A stretch of DNA of 64,000 bases, taken from the NCBI RefSeq assembly GCF_023055435.1, contig NW_025964334.1, positions 12,896,001-12,960,000 of the forward strand. Reading direction: 5' to 3'. Within the stretch, counting starts at the first letter, position 1, and each line of letters starts with the position of its first letter. Positions 49,748 through 62,600 of the stretch are shown one piece after another. The notes beneath the pieces are model-generated. The model saw only the letters and a program-made list of their open reading frames with translations. It searched no databases and was not told the DNA's origin. The translations under genes and the position numbers were made by a program. This DNA is from Haliotis rufescens (taxonomy: Eukaryota).

Positions 49748-50902
49748 CACAGCATGTGAATTATGACAACAGCAGCATCTCCGAATGTACCACAGACCAA
49801 GCCTCGTCATGGTCAATGTGATTGTACTGCAAGGTGTTGCCACATGCCTCCACAGCAATAAAGGTGAATCATGACAACAGCAGCATCTCCAAATGTACCA
49901 CAGGCCCAGCCTCGTCATGGTCAATGTGTCCTGCAATGAAGGTGTTGCCACATGCCTCCACAGCATGTGTATCATGACAACAGCAGCATCTCCAAATATA
50001 CCACAGACCAAGCCTTGTCATGGTCAATGTGTCCTGTACTGCAAGGTGTTGCCACATGTTTCCACAGCATGTGAATCATGACAACAGCAGCATTTCCAAA
50101 TGTACCACAGACCAAGCCTCGTCATGGTCAATGTGTCCTGTGCTGCAAGGTGTTGCCACATGTTTCCACAGCATGTGAATCATGACAACAGCAGCATCTC
50201 CAAATGTACCACAGGCCCAGCCTCGTCATGGTCAATGTGTCCTGTGCTGCAAGGTGTTGCCACATGCCTCCACAGCAATAAAGGTGAATCATGACAACAG
50301 CAGCATCTCCAAATGTACCACAGACCAAGCCTCATCATGGTCAATTAGTCCTGCAATGAAGGTGTTGCCACATGCCTCCACAGCATGTGAATCATGACAA
50401 CAGCAGCATCTCCGAATGTACCACAGACCAAGCCTCGTCATGGTCAATGTGTCCTGCAATGAAGGTGTTGCCACATGCCTCCACAGCACGTGAATCGTGA
50501 CAACAGCAGCATCTCCAAATGTACCACAGACCAAGCCTCGTCATGGTCAATGTGTCCTGCAATGAAGGTGTTGCTACATGCCTCCACAGCATGTGAATCA
50601 TGACAACAGCAGCATCTCCGAATGTACCACAGACCAAGCCTCATCATGGTCAATGTGTCCTGTACTGCAAGGTGTTGCCACATGCCTCCACAGCATGTGA
50701 ATCATGACAACAGCAGTATTTCCAAATGTACCACAGACCAAGCCTCGTCATGGTCAATGTGTCCTGCAATGAAGGTGTTGCCACATGCCTCCACAGCATG
50801 TGAATCATGACAACAGCAGCATCTCCAAATGTACCACAGACCCAGCCTCGTCATGGTCAAAGTGTCCTGTACTGCAAGGTGTTGCCACATGCCTCCACAG
50901 CA
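49748..50902. repeat. Tandem repeat, ~103-109 bp unit, 11 copies, in a MOB2 intron
   Basis: tgacaacagcag recurs 11 times; two or three unit variants are interleaved. Confidence 0.95.
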
Positions 50903-53197
50903 ATCACAACCTCGATGGAATGACAGCTTGCTCTATTATTGTCAGGATTGATTTTCCACATAAATTGAGTGATGATAAAGTAAGGTTTTGCAACACATTT
51001 TATTGACAATGAGTGGGAAAAATATTTCTGATTTCTGTTTTGGATTTCTACTTTTCTTTCCCACACAATTATCTTCACACCTTTATTAATTTGGTCAGAA
51101 CGTTTTGAAATATATGCCTTTTGAAAATGCATTTTACTTATTTAATCATTTCATAATATAATGTTTAACTGAATCATTAATGGTAAACTACCAAAACCCA
51201 AAATGTTTTTGGACTATTTTGTATTTAGGAAAAATATCAATACAAAATATCTATTATCTATTGTTTCAAATCAATGATAAAGTGTCATATCAAAACCAAC
51301 TACTCAATCATTCCGAATTTGCAAATAAAATTATCTGTTATGACCACCATACATCAAACGTAACTGTTTATCACTTCACCCTGACATATTCTTCCTATTA
51401 AAAACCTTAGTGACAGGTTATGAAGACACACCCAAATTGTAATCCAAATATAATCCAAGTTGTCATTCATTTCTCAAATTTGGCGTCACTGTTATCAGTT
51501 ATTTCCTGAAGCATGACCAAGTAAACATCCGTAAGGTGTGGCACATGTGCATCATCATGACTTAACATTCTCTAGGGGACTTTTCTCTTGTTCTTTAAAA
51601 ATTGTGTGCAATACACATACACCTAGTTTGTAGGTGGAAGCTCTAGCTCATGTTTCATAACAAGTTTCACATTACTGTTTGTTTGTTTGTTGTTTAACGC
51701 AGCACTCAGCAATATTCCAGCTATATGACGGCAGTCTGTAAATAATCGAGTCTGGACCAGACAATCCAGTGATTGACATCATGGGAATCGATCCACGCAA
51801 ATGGGACTAATCACATGCCTGACCACCTAATCCTGTTAGTCGCCTTTTACGACAAGCATAGTTGCCTTTTACGGCAAGCATGGGTTGCTGAAGACCTTTT
51901 CTACCCCGGTCTTCACGGGTCTTACATTACTATCTCAGTCATATCATGGCATGTGAACTAAATGTGGGAGGAAAGCACCAAGCGACACATGTCATTTTTA
52001 GGGTGAAGCTGGAATTTTAACCTAAGATGGGCAGGTCCTGGCATGGCTCAAACACCTAACTCTGCAAAGGGATGAGAAGTTTATTTCACCACAAGACCAC
52101 CAGTACCCTCAATTATAAGTGATGGATATTGACCCGACGTTCGCATTGCAGTTAATTGAAATAATGATTCATGTATTGGGCTACGTACCACTATATAATG
52201 CATGTGTTCTTTTATCTGTAATTTGTTGTGAACCTGAACTAAAAGAACTTTCTCCGGAAATCTTTTACAACTTTGTAATCGTCCGTCATTTTGTTAGATG
52301 TTGCTTTGGTCACAAAGCATGTGTAATAGACACATTATATACAGGAAACTGATCACGGATAGTTTTGCTTTCCCAGATCACAGGAAACAGTAAAGTTGTT
52401 AATTTCTGAATATCATAATTTCACTTTGACTTGTCACTCATATAAACTCTGCCAACAAGATGAAAATATGCATGATTTTGAAAAACCCCGCAGTATACCA
52501 GTATTTTCCAAATGAATTGTGATATGTATTCATAAGTAATTCACATCGTGGTATACTGGTATTGGTAATACCACCCACCTCTTCAATATAAACTCCAATT
52601 AATACACAGACACTTGCAGTGCATTCTGCCATTGGACCCCAGTGCATTGAACTCAAAATTGCATATAACTTGATCGTCCGTTCTTCATCTGTATAACTAT
52701 GCAAGATTTGTTGTGTGATTACCGGTAGCTAAAACACATATCAACAGTCTGCATTTTTNNNNNNNNNNNNNNNNNNNNNNNNNNNNNNNNNNNNNNNNNN
52801 NNNNNNNNNNNNNNNNNNNNNNNNNNNNNNNNNNNNNNNNNNNNNNNNNNNNNNNNNNNNNNNNNNNNNNNNNNNNNNNNNNNNNNNNNNNNNNNNNNNN
52901 NNNNNNNNNACCATGCCGCAGTTTAACATGAATACCCCACTCCGAGCCGACCAGTCCTAGTTATAGTTCCTTGTGCCGAACACCAGACCAGGGAACAACA
53001 AGTACCATCTTTTAACATCTTTGATATGACACGACCGGTGATTGAACCCCGGACCTTCCGCTCTCCGGGCGGACGCTCAAGCACTAGACCACTGGGGCGG
53101 TCTTCGTCAGTCGTAAAGTACATTTTGATTGCAGGTAATTCTTCTCAGCAATTGATAAATTCCAAATTTGGAAGCACAAGAAAGTGTTTAAACTTAC

Positions 53198-53364
53198 TGT
53201 GAGTAGCCAACCACTCATTATAGTCTAGGTGTGGAGGTAGTGAGACTAGCTTGAAGAAATCCGCTTCTGTAACACGTTCCTTGATAAACGTTTCCCCCAG
53301 GTACTGACGCTGTTCCTCGCTGGCAGGTGGGGTAGGGGAGTCCTTATCTTTCCGTCTCCCCTTC
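53198..53364 (-). CDS. MOB2: MOB kinase activator 2, first common coding exon (KGRRKDKD...LPPHLDYNEWLATH)
   Basis: tttcag acceptor at 53365-53366 and gtaagt donor at 53197; 167 nt, phase 2 in and phase 1 out. LVSLPPHLDYNEWLA matches the MOB-family LP..D.NEWLA motif, and the KxRRK start resembles the MOB2 subfamily. Confidence 0.95.
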
Positions 53365-53517
53365 CTGAAACACAGAGAACATTCGATTACTCTCATAAGT
53401 AATGTACAGGTTTCATATATATCCACTACGTTGCCAATAAGGGAAAGAAAGAAATCAATATGCCTATTCTATACAGGGTTGAGAATGGATATTCGCGGAT
53501 CCGCTGAAGATTCTCAC

Positions 53518-53696
53518 CTGTCTACAGTACATGACATGATAAAACATTGCCAGGCTGCCATCAGTACCCACAGACTTAAGAATCGGCATGTCCTTAAAAA
53601 CTCTTGAAACTTCCTTTTTGTGACAAATAAATCGACACATCTACTGCAGGCCATAAGGACCCATACAGATTTGAAACTAGGGGCCCAAAATGACAT
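53518..53696 (-). CDS. MOB2: Candidate alternative first coding exon of MOB2 (MSFWAPS...MAAWQCFIMSCTVDR)
   Basis: ATG-initiated ORF ending GACAG|gtgaga in phase 2, with a 153-nt intron to the common exon. May be TE-derived. Confidence 0.4.
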
Positions 53697-53708
53697 GTTC
53701 CTGCCACG

Positions 53709-54110
53709 GGCCTACAGGCAGGCGCTTATTTTGAACACTGCTGTATTTGTGGTTGAGGTCTGATTTTGTTCTATGTGAGTGGGTGAGTCTGGTTTAACAC
53801 CACTTTGAACAGTATTTCATTTAAATCATGTCAGGCCTACAGGCAGGCGCTTACTTCGAACAATGCTGTATTTGTGGTTGAGGTCTGATTTTCTTCTATG
53901 TGAGTGGGTGAGTTTGGTTTAACACCACGTTGAACAGTATTTCATTTAAATCATGTCAGGCCTACAGGCAGGCGCTTACTTCGAACAATGCTGTATTTGT
54001 GGTTGAGGTCTGATTTTCTTCTATGTGAGTGGTGAGTCCGGTTTAACACCACTTTGAACAGTATTTCATTTAAATCATGTCAGGCCTACAGGCAGGCACT
54101 TACTTCATGC
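53709..54110. repeat. Tandem repeat, ~123-bp unit, ~3.3 copies
   Basis: Unit fuses ggcctacaggcaggcgctta.tt.gaaca.tg (DNA-transposon-like end) with a SINE D tail fragment. Confidence 0.85.
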
Positions 54111-55115
54111 ACTGCTGCTGCATGTATTTGTGGTCTGTTAACATGGTTAAGATCTGATTTTGTTCTATGTGATTATTTCAGTTAAATCAGTGTCGAGTAA
54201 GCTTAATGTTGGTAGAAAGCCCATAATTAATGCATAGACGTTTACCACTTTGGTGAACTGATGAGAATGGCAATAGTGCTGAAAACCAAGAGAAATAATT
54301 GGGGCGAACCGGGATTCGAACCTACAATCCTAGGTTTCTGGCATGCCTAAGAAACGTAACTCTGCGACACCTTTGTCAACTGGGCTTGTGCTCCCTAGTT
54401 AATGTATTTGACAAAACAAGTACAGCATGGTCACAAACAATCAAACTTCAAGCAAATGCACAAAACATTCAAATGACAACTCTTCTGTCTCAAACCTTGC
54501 TGAAGAAATAACATTCTTGGGCAATTTATGCTATGGTTATGAGATAGATGGCTTCAGACTCAATAGCAACAATTTTCAAGGACATAACTTAAAAGTCATG
54601 GCCTTTGGGGTAGAATATCAGAGAATCTCACATTCACTTACATTCTACTTGACAGGGGCATTGGTTGGTTGTTGGTTGGTTTGTTGTTTAATGCCGCACT
54701 AAGCAATATTCCAGCTATATGACGGCGGTCTGTAAATAATCGTGTCTGGACCAGACAATCCAGTGATTAATATCATGAGCATCGATCCACGCAATTGGCA
54801 TCAACCACATCAGCGAGTCTGACCACCCGATGACGTTAGTCTTTTAATGTCGGTATAGGAATATCTTGCTTCATCTTACAATTCTAAAACAACAACCGTA
54901 TGATTCAGAGTAATATAAGATATAAAGGTCAAGGACAGGATGATGGAACTATGCAGAATGCACCAGACAGTTTAACAATTGAGTATTTTTTCAACAAAAG
55001 ACTACAAAAGACTGCAAAAGACATGCATTTGTGACTTATTCATGGTCGGCGCACCCTCACAAAAACACATTCAAAAGAGGTTTGTTGACATATTTAACAA
55101 TGAGGACAACCTTAC

Positions 55116-55165
55116 CTCAATGTCTGCCAGAGGTACCTCTTAGATGCTTCCTTCATTGCAAACAT
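55116..55165 (-). CDS. MOB2: Candidate alternative first coding exon of MOB2 (MFAMKEASKRYLWQTLR)
   Basis: ATG-initiated, 50 nt, ends GAG|gtaagg in phase 2, which matches the phase-2 acceptor at 53364. Confidence 0.6.
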
Positions 55166-56277
55166 CTTACAAAATACAAAATGGTAAGATCCCTTTTCTG
55201 TTGTAAATACAACCTTCCTACCAGTAAGTGGTACGTTGTTGTGACAGTGTTGTACACAGCAGGATCTGGTCTTGCAAGATATAAACACCCAGGGTTCAAT
55301 CTACCGTATTTTACTCAAGAAAGTCATCCCTAGGCAAAACTTTCAAAAAAGTGGTTTACAGATTCCATAATGCTAAACATATGAAAAGTGGAAAATAGAT
55401 AAATATGGAACGGAATAATTTTGTATTTTGTGTCATGTGATATAAATCTGGCTCAAAACGAAACTATGGTAGTAAACGTGTCCGGGGTATATATCAGTTT
55501 AGAAGGGAAGCATAATACACTGGATAATCGAGGATGGAAACAGTCCTTCCACCACAGAAATTCTTAGATTTCTCCTCATCATAATCAAATTCACTCAAAT
55601 GCACATCTAAGTGTGAGGATGTTTACTGAATCATTTAAGGTACTTGAATACTTTTCTATCTGTAGAACATGACACAAACAACTTCGTGAACCCTGTTAAG
55701 GTGAATCTTGCTTGAATGAGCACTGCTTTGTTGGCGAGACATTACTACAGGTCGTCACTTTAGGAAGAGGGATCTGTACTACATTCCATACAAATCCCAT
55801 GGTGTTCTGGAACAGGTTTGACTGTATGTAAATAAAAAGGTCCAGATAAATGTCCTATTGAGCTACATATATGGCAGTTAGATGATCCAGGCTAATTACA
55901 GGTCGTTCAGGTCTAATTACTACTTTGAAAGATGGAGCAGCTTCAATAACATCCCTAGATGGTGAGCTTTGAAGGCAGAATGTTTGTAAGAAGGATGGAG
56001 GACTAGTTGTATTAAGCCATATCTCTTGGGGAGTCCTGCGCAGCAGGCTAACACTATTACAGAAAACATATCATCAATTTATTTTGATTAAAACCATGAG
56101 CAAACAGTAGGAACAAGCAATAGGCAAGAGTCTAGTACAGGCTGAGTAATGCCATAAATAGCTTTTTCAATATGGCTGCCCATGTCGGCCATCTTGAAAA
56201 TCAGATTTGAATCTCCTGAACAAATGTGATGATTGGTGGGAACAAGAATGTGAAGCTTCAGAATCATCAGTACAGTG

Positions 56278-56628
56278 GTGAGGTGAAATTAGGTTTAACG
56301 TCGCGTCCAAGATTATTGCACTTATATAGCGACGTGCATGCACGTGTATGTGTGTGTGTGGCTGCTTGTACTAGTCCGAACTGATGCCGATTTATAGTGC
56401 TAGCTCACTGAGATACCATGCCGCAGTTTAACATGAATACCCCACTCAGACACAGTATACTGACTCCGAGCCGACCAGTCCTTGTTTTAGCCCCTTAATG
56501 CTGAGCGCCAGACAGGGTAACAACAAGTACAATCTTTTAACGTCTTTTTGTATGACGCGGCCCGGGATGGAACCCTGGACCTTCCGCTCTCCGGGCGGAC
56601 GCTCTACCACAAGACTACGGAGGCGGTC
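56278..56628 (-). mobile_element. SINE family C (~350 bp, tRNA head plus Meta/MESC-like central domain)
   Basis: A/B boxes; core gtcatac.aaaagacgttaaaagat.gtacttgttg...ggcgctcagcattaaggg...cagtgagctagcactataaa resembles the metazoan Meta SINE domain (recalled, not searched); 13-bp TSD catcagtacagtg. Confidence 0.85.
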
Positions 56629-59600
56629 CATCAGTACAGTGATTTCATCAAAGATTTTTACATCAGATGCTGGACAAACAGGCCATGATTTAAACTCACT
56701 TGACTTTCAGGTGAGCTAATTAAAGTCAGGCCTCAACTTTTCTGCACATATATCTATATACCAATATTAATACAAATAAATTTGCTCAACAATTTTTTCG
56801 GCACCAATTTTACGACAACATAGATAGATGTTGATTGACGAGTAAACATTGCTGTTCAGGAATTTATGCCTGAGTTATGTGTGATGTGACTGAATTCCAC
56901 AATGCATCAGTTTTCCTGACTTTCATATCAGATCAACATGATCAATGGAAAATGAACAATACATTTTTTTAAATTACAGTATTGGCATGAAAATACCACC
57001 CAATCACTAATAAGAGCCCTTTCAAAAAGTTCATCAAGACAAAATGAATGTTGTATAGTCATTGTTATGTCAAGTGAAATAACAATCCTCATAGGTGTTT
57101 CACAGTAAATTGTTTTACTTTTTAAAACCCAAAACAGTAATTTGAGAGTCTAAATATTAATAACATGATTTTAAATATTAAGCATGTAAAGGTCACTGTA
57201 ACAGTAGCATATCAATTTCAAAATGCAAGGACCAGCTGTCTGCTCAATTACAAAATAGCAACAGTTAATTATCGTATCTCATCAATAATTCATAGTTTGA
57301 TGCAACCTTTGGCAAAGATCGGCAACTCAGTTCAAAATGACTCTCACTTGAAGTAATAATAAGCGAATTAAACTCAGACTGAAAACTGACACCTATCTCA
57401 ATCTACACCAAATGCTTTTGAGTCTACTGTCCCCAAAATTGTATTTTGGGACTATTTTCAGTATATATTTGTCTTAGTATATGGACTTATATTGTGTGAA
57501 GTTACTGGAACAGGAGAAATTTTATTAGACTTGGGCACTGGACTAGTGACTAAAGACACATATAGCTATTTTCCAACTTTTACAATTCAAGGGCTTGATA
57601 GGGATTGAACATTTGATATACTTGGGGCCCTGGGATAAATGCGAAAAAAATCATTTTCCAGAACTTGTTCGCTAGACATTGTTATGAGGCAGGACATGTT
57701 GTAAGTTTACTAAGCGGTGGAAACTAACATTTTTGGTCCACTAATCCTTATAACGATAATAATCAGCAAACCCCTTAAAAATGGCAAATTTCCTACTAGT
57801 CCTTAAGATACCTTAACCATTGGGCAGTTTGGCAAGGACTACATGACTAGTGCCATTTTCTAACCCTGTTTACTTCTGATGAATGTTTGTTGCAGCTGAT
57901 AGAAGAGCTTATGGAATAGAGTGACCTCCCTTAGTTGTTTATAGTAACCCTTTATCGAAACATTTAAGAAACATTGAAAGTTTTTTTCCCACTTGCTCCA
58001 GCAAAGGCTGACTCCCTCAAGCAAGTTTGACAAAAGTTGTTTTCCTTTAGTCTCCTAAACAAAATCATGCACAAAACAAATCAAGCACTGACCATGTTTC
58101 TGGGTCAATAGCTGGATATAGTGATTGTCAACCATATCGACGTCAATGAAATGACATGGCCAGCCCTCGACGTGGACAAAGTTGTTATTAGTCAGCTGTA
58201 TCAATGGCTCTATTGAAACAGCTTGCTGGACCTGCTTTTTGCCTATATACATGCCGAGCACCTGGACCTACACACTGAGTGATAGGAGCACTTAATACAG
58301 CTCAACAGCTGATAATAAAGCCACGACAATGCCTATCTGGAGTGACTGCAACAGTCGAGGTTTTAACTGTTGGTGTTTATTAACTCAAAACTTTAAAGCT
58401 AAGATGGAGTTACAACAGAATCATACACATTCTGCTGTACAAGTCAAGGACATAAACATGATAAAGAAGTCTTTACACAGTTCGAATATTAAGAGGTCCG
58501 GGGGTCTTTAATGTTGGATTCTTTTTGTATTTGTATCTATGGACTCTGAATCTTTTATGTTTACATTAGAGTCAGGACAATGTCCCCTTGACTTGCATGC
58601 TTGATGTTGGACACAGCTAACTGGGTCTTATGTTAAAATGATGAGCCTTTGAAGAGGGCATTTTTACCCTGTGAATCATGAAGTGTGACAATATATTATT
58701 AAATGATGACTGTTAACAGTACCATTGATGCAATAAAGATGCAACCTGAATGAGAGGGATGCAAGTCAAATTACAAATACATTGGTGAGATGCCCTATTA
58801 ATGAACTGTAACTTAAAAGTTAATAATCCACATGCAACATTTACAAGAATCACTTTCCTTGTCGATCATTGATTGAATGATTAAGCCAGTTACTATCATG
58901 TTTACAACAAAAGTAAAACATTTCAAGTCATGTCGTTGTCATAGCAAATGTGTATCAAAATCAAACACTTAGTAAATCTGTCACGCAACAGCACACTGTG
59001 GTTTTGCCCAAAGGCAACACTAACATATTATTATACGGATAAGGCAATAAATATTCATGTGACCCCAACATCAGGTGTTGCCAAAGGACAAGAGGTCACA
59101 TGGCTTCCGTCTGACGATTACTACACAAGCCACGTCCTGAAAGTATCTGCAATTATCCTTACACGAGCCCTGATACGAACATTGTAGGCCCCACCCTTAT
59201 TTGCTATGGCGATCAAACGCACCTTTCACTTGGATTATCCCCACAGTAACCTTGGTAATGAAACGTAAACTACCTTGGCTCCCGACCAAACAGGGAAGTT
59301 GGTACTCGACAAATATTAGCTAAATCATTGAAAATGGACACAGTGTACATGGCAAGTGTTTTAATTTCACCTGGCCTCTCCAAGGTGTGTTTTGGAGGTT
59401 GAGTTTGTTGAGCATGTCTCAGGTGGAGTTTCGAATGTCCTACACTTAGAAACACTCACTGGGCTTGGTTTCTTGGTAGCGGGTTAGGCCAAACAAAAAA
59501 AGACTTGTTTCAGGTATTATGAATCCAACAGGTATGAGTCCGGAGATAGTTAAAATTTAGTTAAAATTCATTTAAAAATCTTCAACACAGATGGCTCGTT

Positions 59601-62600
59601 TAACAATGGTGTTGTTAGCTGCTGTCTTTAAAAAATTGTAGGTCACATTATAGTTACACAACAATAATATGAGGAAACACCAGATTTCTTGAAAATGTAA
59701 AATATGGTTTCATATTGGCTATGACAAAAACATTTGGGTCGCAAATAAAACAATGGGTTGGTCAGTTACCTGAAACATATGTATCACTTTCCCCCCCTCA
59801 GTAATAGACTTGCTGTCATGTTCAATGAGTGTGATTGATAGAGTGAGTGAGTTGGGTTTAATTCTGCTCTGGATATTTTTTTCAGTTATTTATCAATAGG
59901 TTAATGCTGGAGGAGAGGCCAAAGTGATACAGGTAGTAAACTACAACATTGAGCTCATCAGCCGCTGTTTATGTTACTGACGATAAAAATCAGGATTTTA
60001 AACCTCAGGTATGATGACACACAATCAACCATGTCACCAAGAGGCTGATCACCTGATCCATTAGTCAAGTCTTACAACCAGCATTCTATCTAACAGAAAT
60101 CCCTACATTGGCACTTGAACATGATGATAGGAACATGGTACATGGTTACAACTTAACTCAAAAGTTTTACTGGCCTGGGTAAAGATAAAATGCAGGGTTA
60201 GAAATTGGCACTAGTCCTGTAGTCCTGGCCAAACTGCCCAATAGTTAAGGTATCATAAGGACTAGTAGAAATTTGCCAATTTTAGGGGTTTTGCTATATG
60301 TTATCATTATAAGGACTAGTGGTCTAAAACTGTTAGTTTCTACCACTGTAAAATGCCCTTGTAATGTTAAAACAATAGGAAAATTTGGAAATTTGTAATA
60401 TTGTACAAGCTCCAGTGGCAATATAAAAGATGAGATTTTGTTTGAAATGGGACATAGACATCACCTTCTTACCAATCTGGAATTAACACAAGTCATCCTG
60501 AAATATTTACCTTCTAAAACAGAATAACTTAAAGTAATACTGGTGAACAGCTTTCACCAATCCCAGGGGTAGTTTCTCTTCATGAGGCATTCTGACTCGG
60601 ACTCACGGCATCTACACCTGAATCAAACAATCATCCAAATGAAGGAGGCCGGCATGTGACCACCTTACATACTACTACAACAATTACATAATTACTCAAT
60701 AACACCTGGCGCAGGAGGAACAATATAAACTCATCAAACAGCACTTCCTAAAGTAATCAAGACCTCTCTAAAATGTTGACCACCAAAGAACTGTAGCACT
60801 TAAAACTGGAGATGTGTTGTAATTACCTAACAACTGACAATGACTATTAATTAGTCATCAATAGAACAGTGAATAACAGTGGCAAGCAGCCAGTATAATT
60901 GGTAGCAGTAGATGAATGAAGAGTTAAGCAAATACTGCCAGGCACAACAAATCTTGTCTAGCACCTTGTTTTTCTGGCTGAGATTACACAACACACTTGC
61001 CCTCCAGCATAGACAAGTAGATGGTAATCTTCTCTGAAAACATGCTTGTTACTGAGGCGACTCACTGGCCACACACAAGCCTGCTCCCTCCCGCCCAGGG
61101 GGCAAGCTGACCTAAGCCTGATTTACAGACACCAGGAACCATGAAGGGAAGAGGAAACTTCTCCCAGTAGCAAATCTGAAAGCCAGATCCTCATGAAGGC
61201 TCCATTATGCTTGCTCTGACGTAATGTGACAAAACCTATTTTCCATTATAAAGCACGTAAGGTAAGTCCTTATGATGATGAGGCTCCCTCCTGGCCAAAG
61301 GGCAGACTGACCCAGGCAGAATAGCTGAATCAGCAGGAATAGTGAAAGAGCACCATATGGAGGGTAATGAAATCAATGTTACATGTCTATTGTCATGGAG
61401 AAATACAGAGGAACAACATGTGACCTAAGTTGGAGGAAATTACTTCGAACAATTCCTTCATTTCCTCGAAATTGTTGGTTCAGCTGAGAGAGTATTGTGT
61501 GGTGTAGCATATCTACTCAAATCATTGTCAGACCGCTGTCCACAGCAAATGTCCGTAATGAATGCATATTTTTGTATATCATATGAATAAATGAACTGCT
61601 AAACAAATTGTCAATATTGTGACAAATGAGGAACCTGAATGCTATCCTTGAGCTCACATTTCCAAGTTCCATCTCATACATTAATGTATTATTTAAATAA
61701 AACATTGAGCAAGTAAAGGTTACCATCTGCTGTTGCCTGCAATATTACAACTTTATTAGCACAGTCAGCTTTTTTAACCAATCTTCCCAACCAGAAGGAG
61801 CAAAAAATTAATTCGGTCTAATCAGTGTAGCTAATAATAGCCTAGTGAAAACCCCTAGTGAAAGACAAGTTCAGACAAATAGACAGATGTTTTGGGCAAA
61901 GATTGTTAAGGTGGCACGTTAAGTAATTGGACCAATGACTGACAAAACTAAACATTACTAAACATCATGGCATAGGAAGACACACATCAGATATATCACA
62001 TGTGACCGCTCTATCCTCTGTCCTCATACAGACAATGAACATGATGAAGCAATTATATCCCATACAGCCCATGCAAGTCCAGGTTGCTGCAGTTTTTTTG
62101 TTGTAAAATATTTTCATTTCAGAGACTAGATGTTAGCCTCAACCCTCTGTTAAGACAATAAAAAAAAGATGAGTGACATGACGCCTATTCTGCCTGGGAA
62201 TCACCAAAGAGAGGCTCTTACAAGTGATGAATACTCTGGACTTTACTGACAGAATTTAACAAACATAAACACAAACCCCAAAAAATATTTCCAGTAGAAT
62301 GAAGTTGACAGCAATATGATCATCTGCTGCACATGCTGAGCAATACTCCTACTCCAACAATGCCTATCCCCAGAAGAGTGAGTGAGTATGGTTTTAGCAA
62401 TATTCCAGCAATATCATGGCGGGGGTCACCAGAAATGGGCTTCACACATTGTACCCATGTCGGGAATCGAACCCGGGTCTTCAGCATGACGAGTGAACGC
62501 TTTAACCACTAGGCTACCCGACCACCCCTTCAATGCATCAGTTTTCCTGACTTTTATATCACATCAATGCAACATGAACACTACATATTTGAAATTATAT

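Noticed and set aside
49739-51006. Cys-rich (CCCC) ORFs resembling metallothionein or toxin peptides
   Set aside because: Tandem repeat with a unit length mostly not divisible by three, inside a MOB2 intron.
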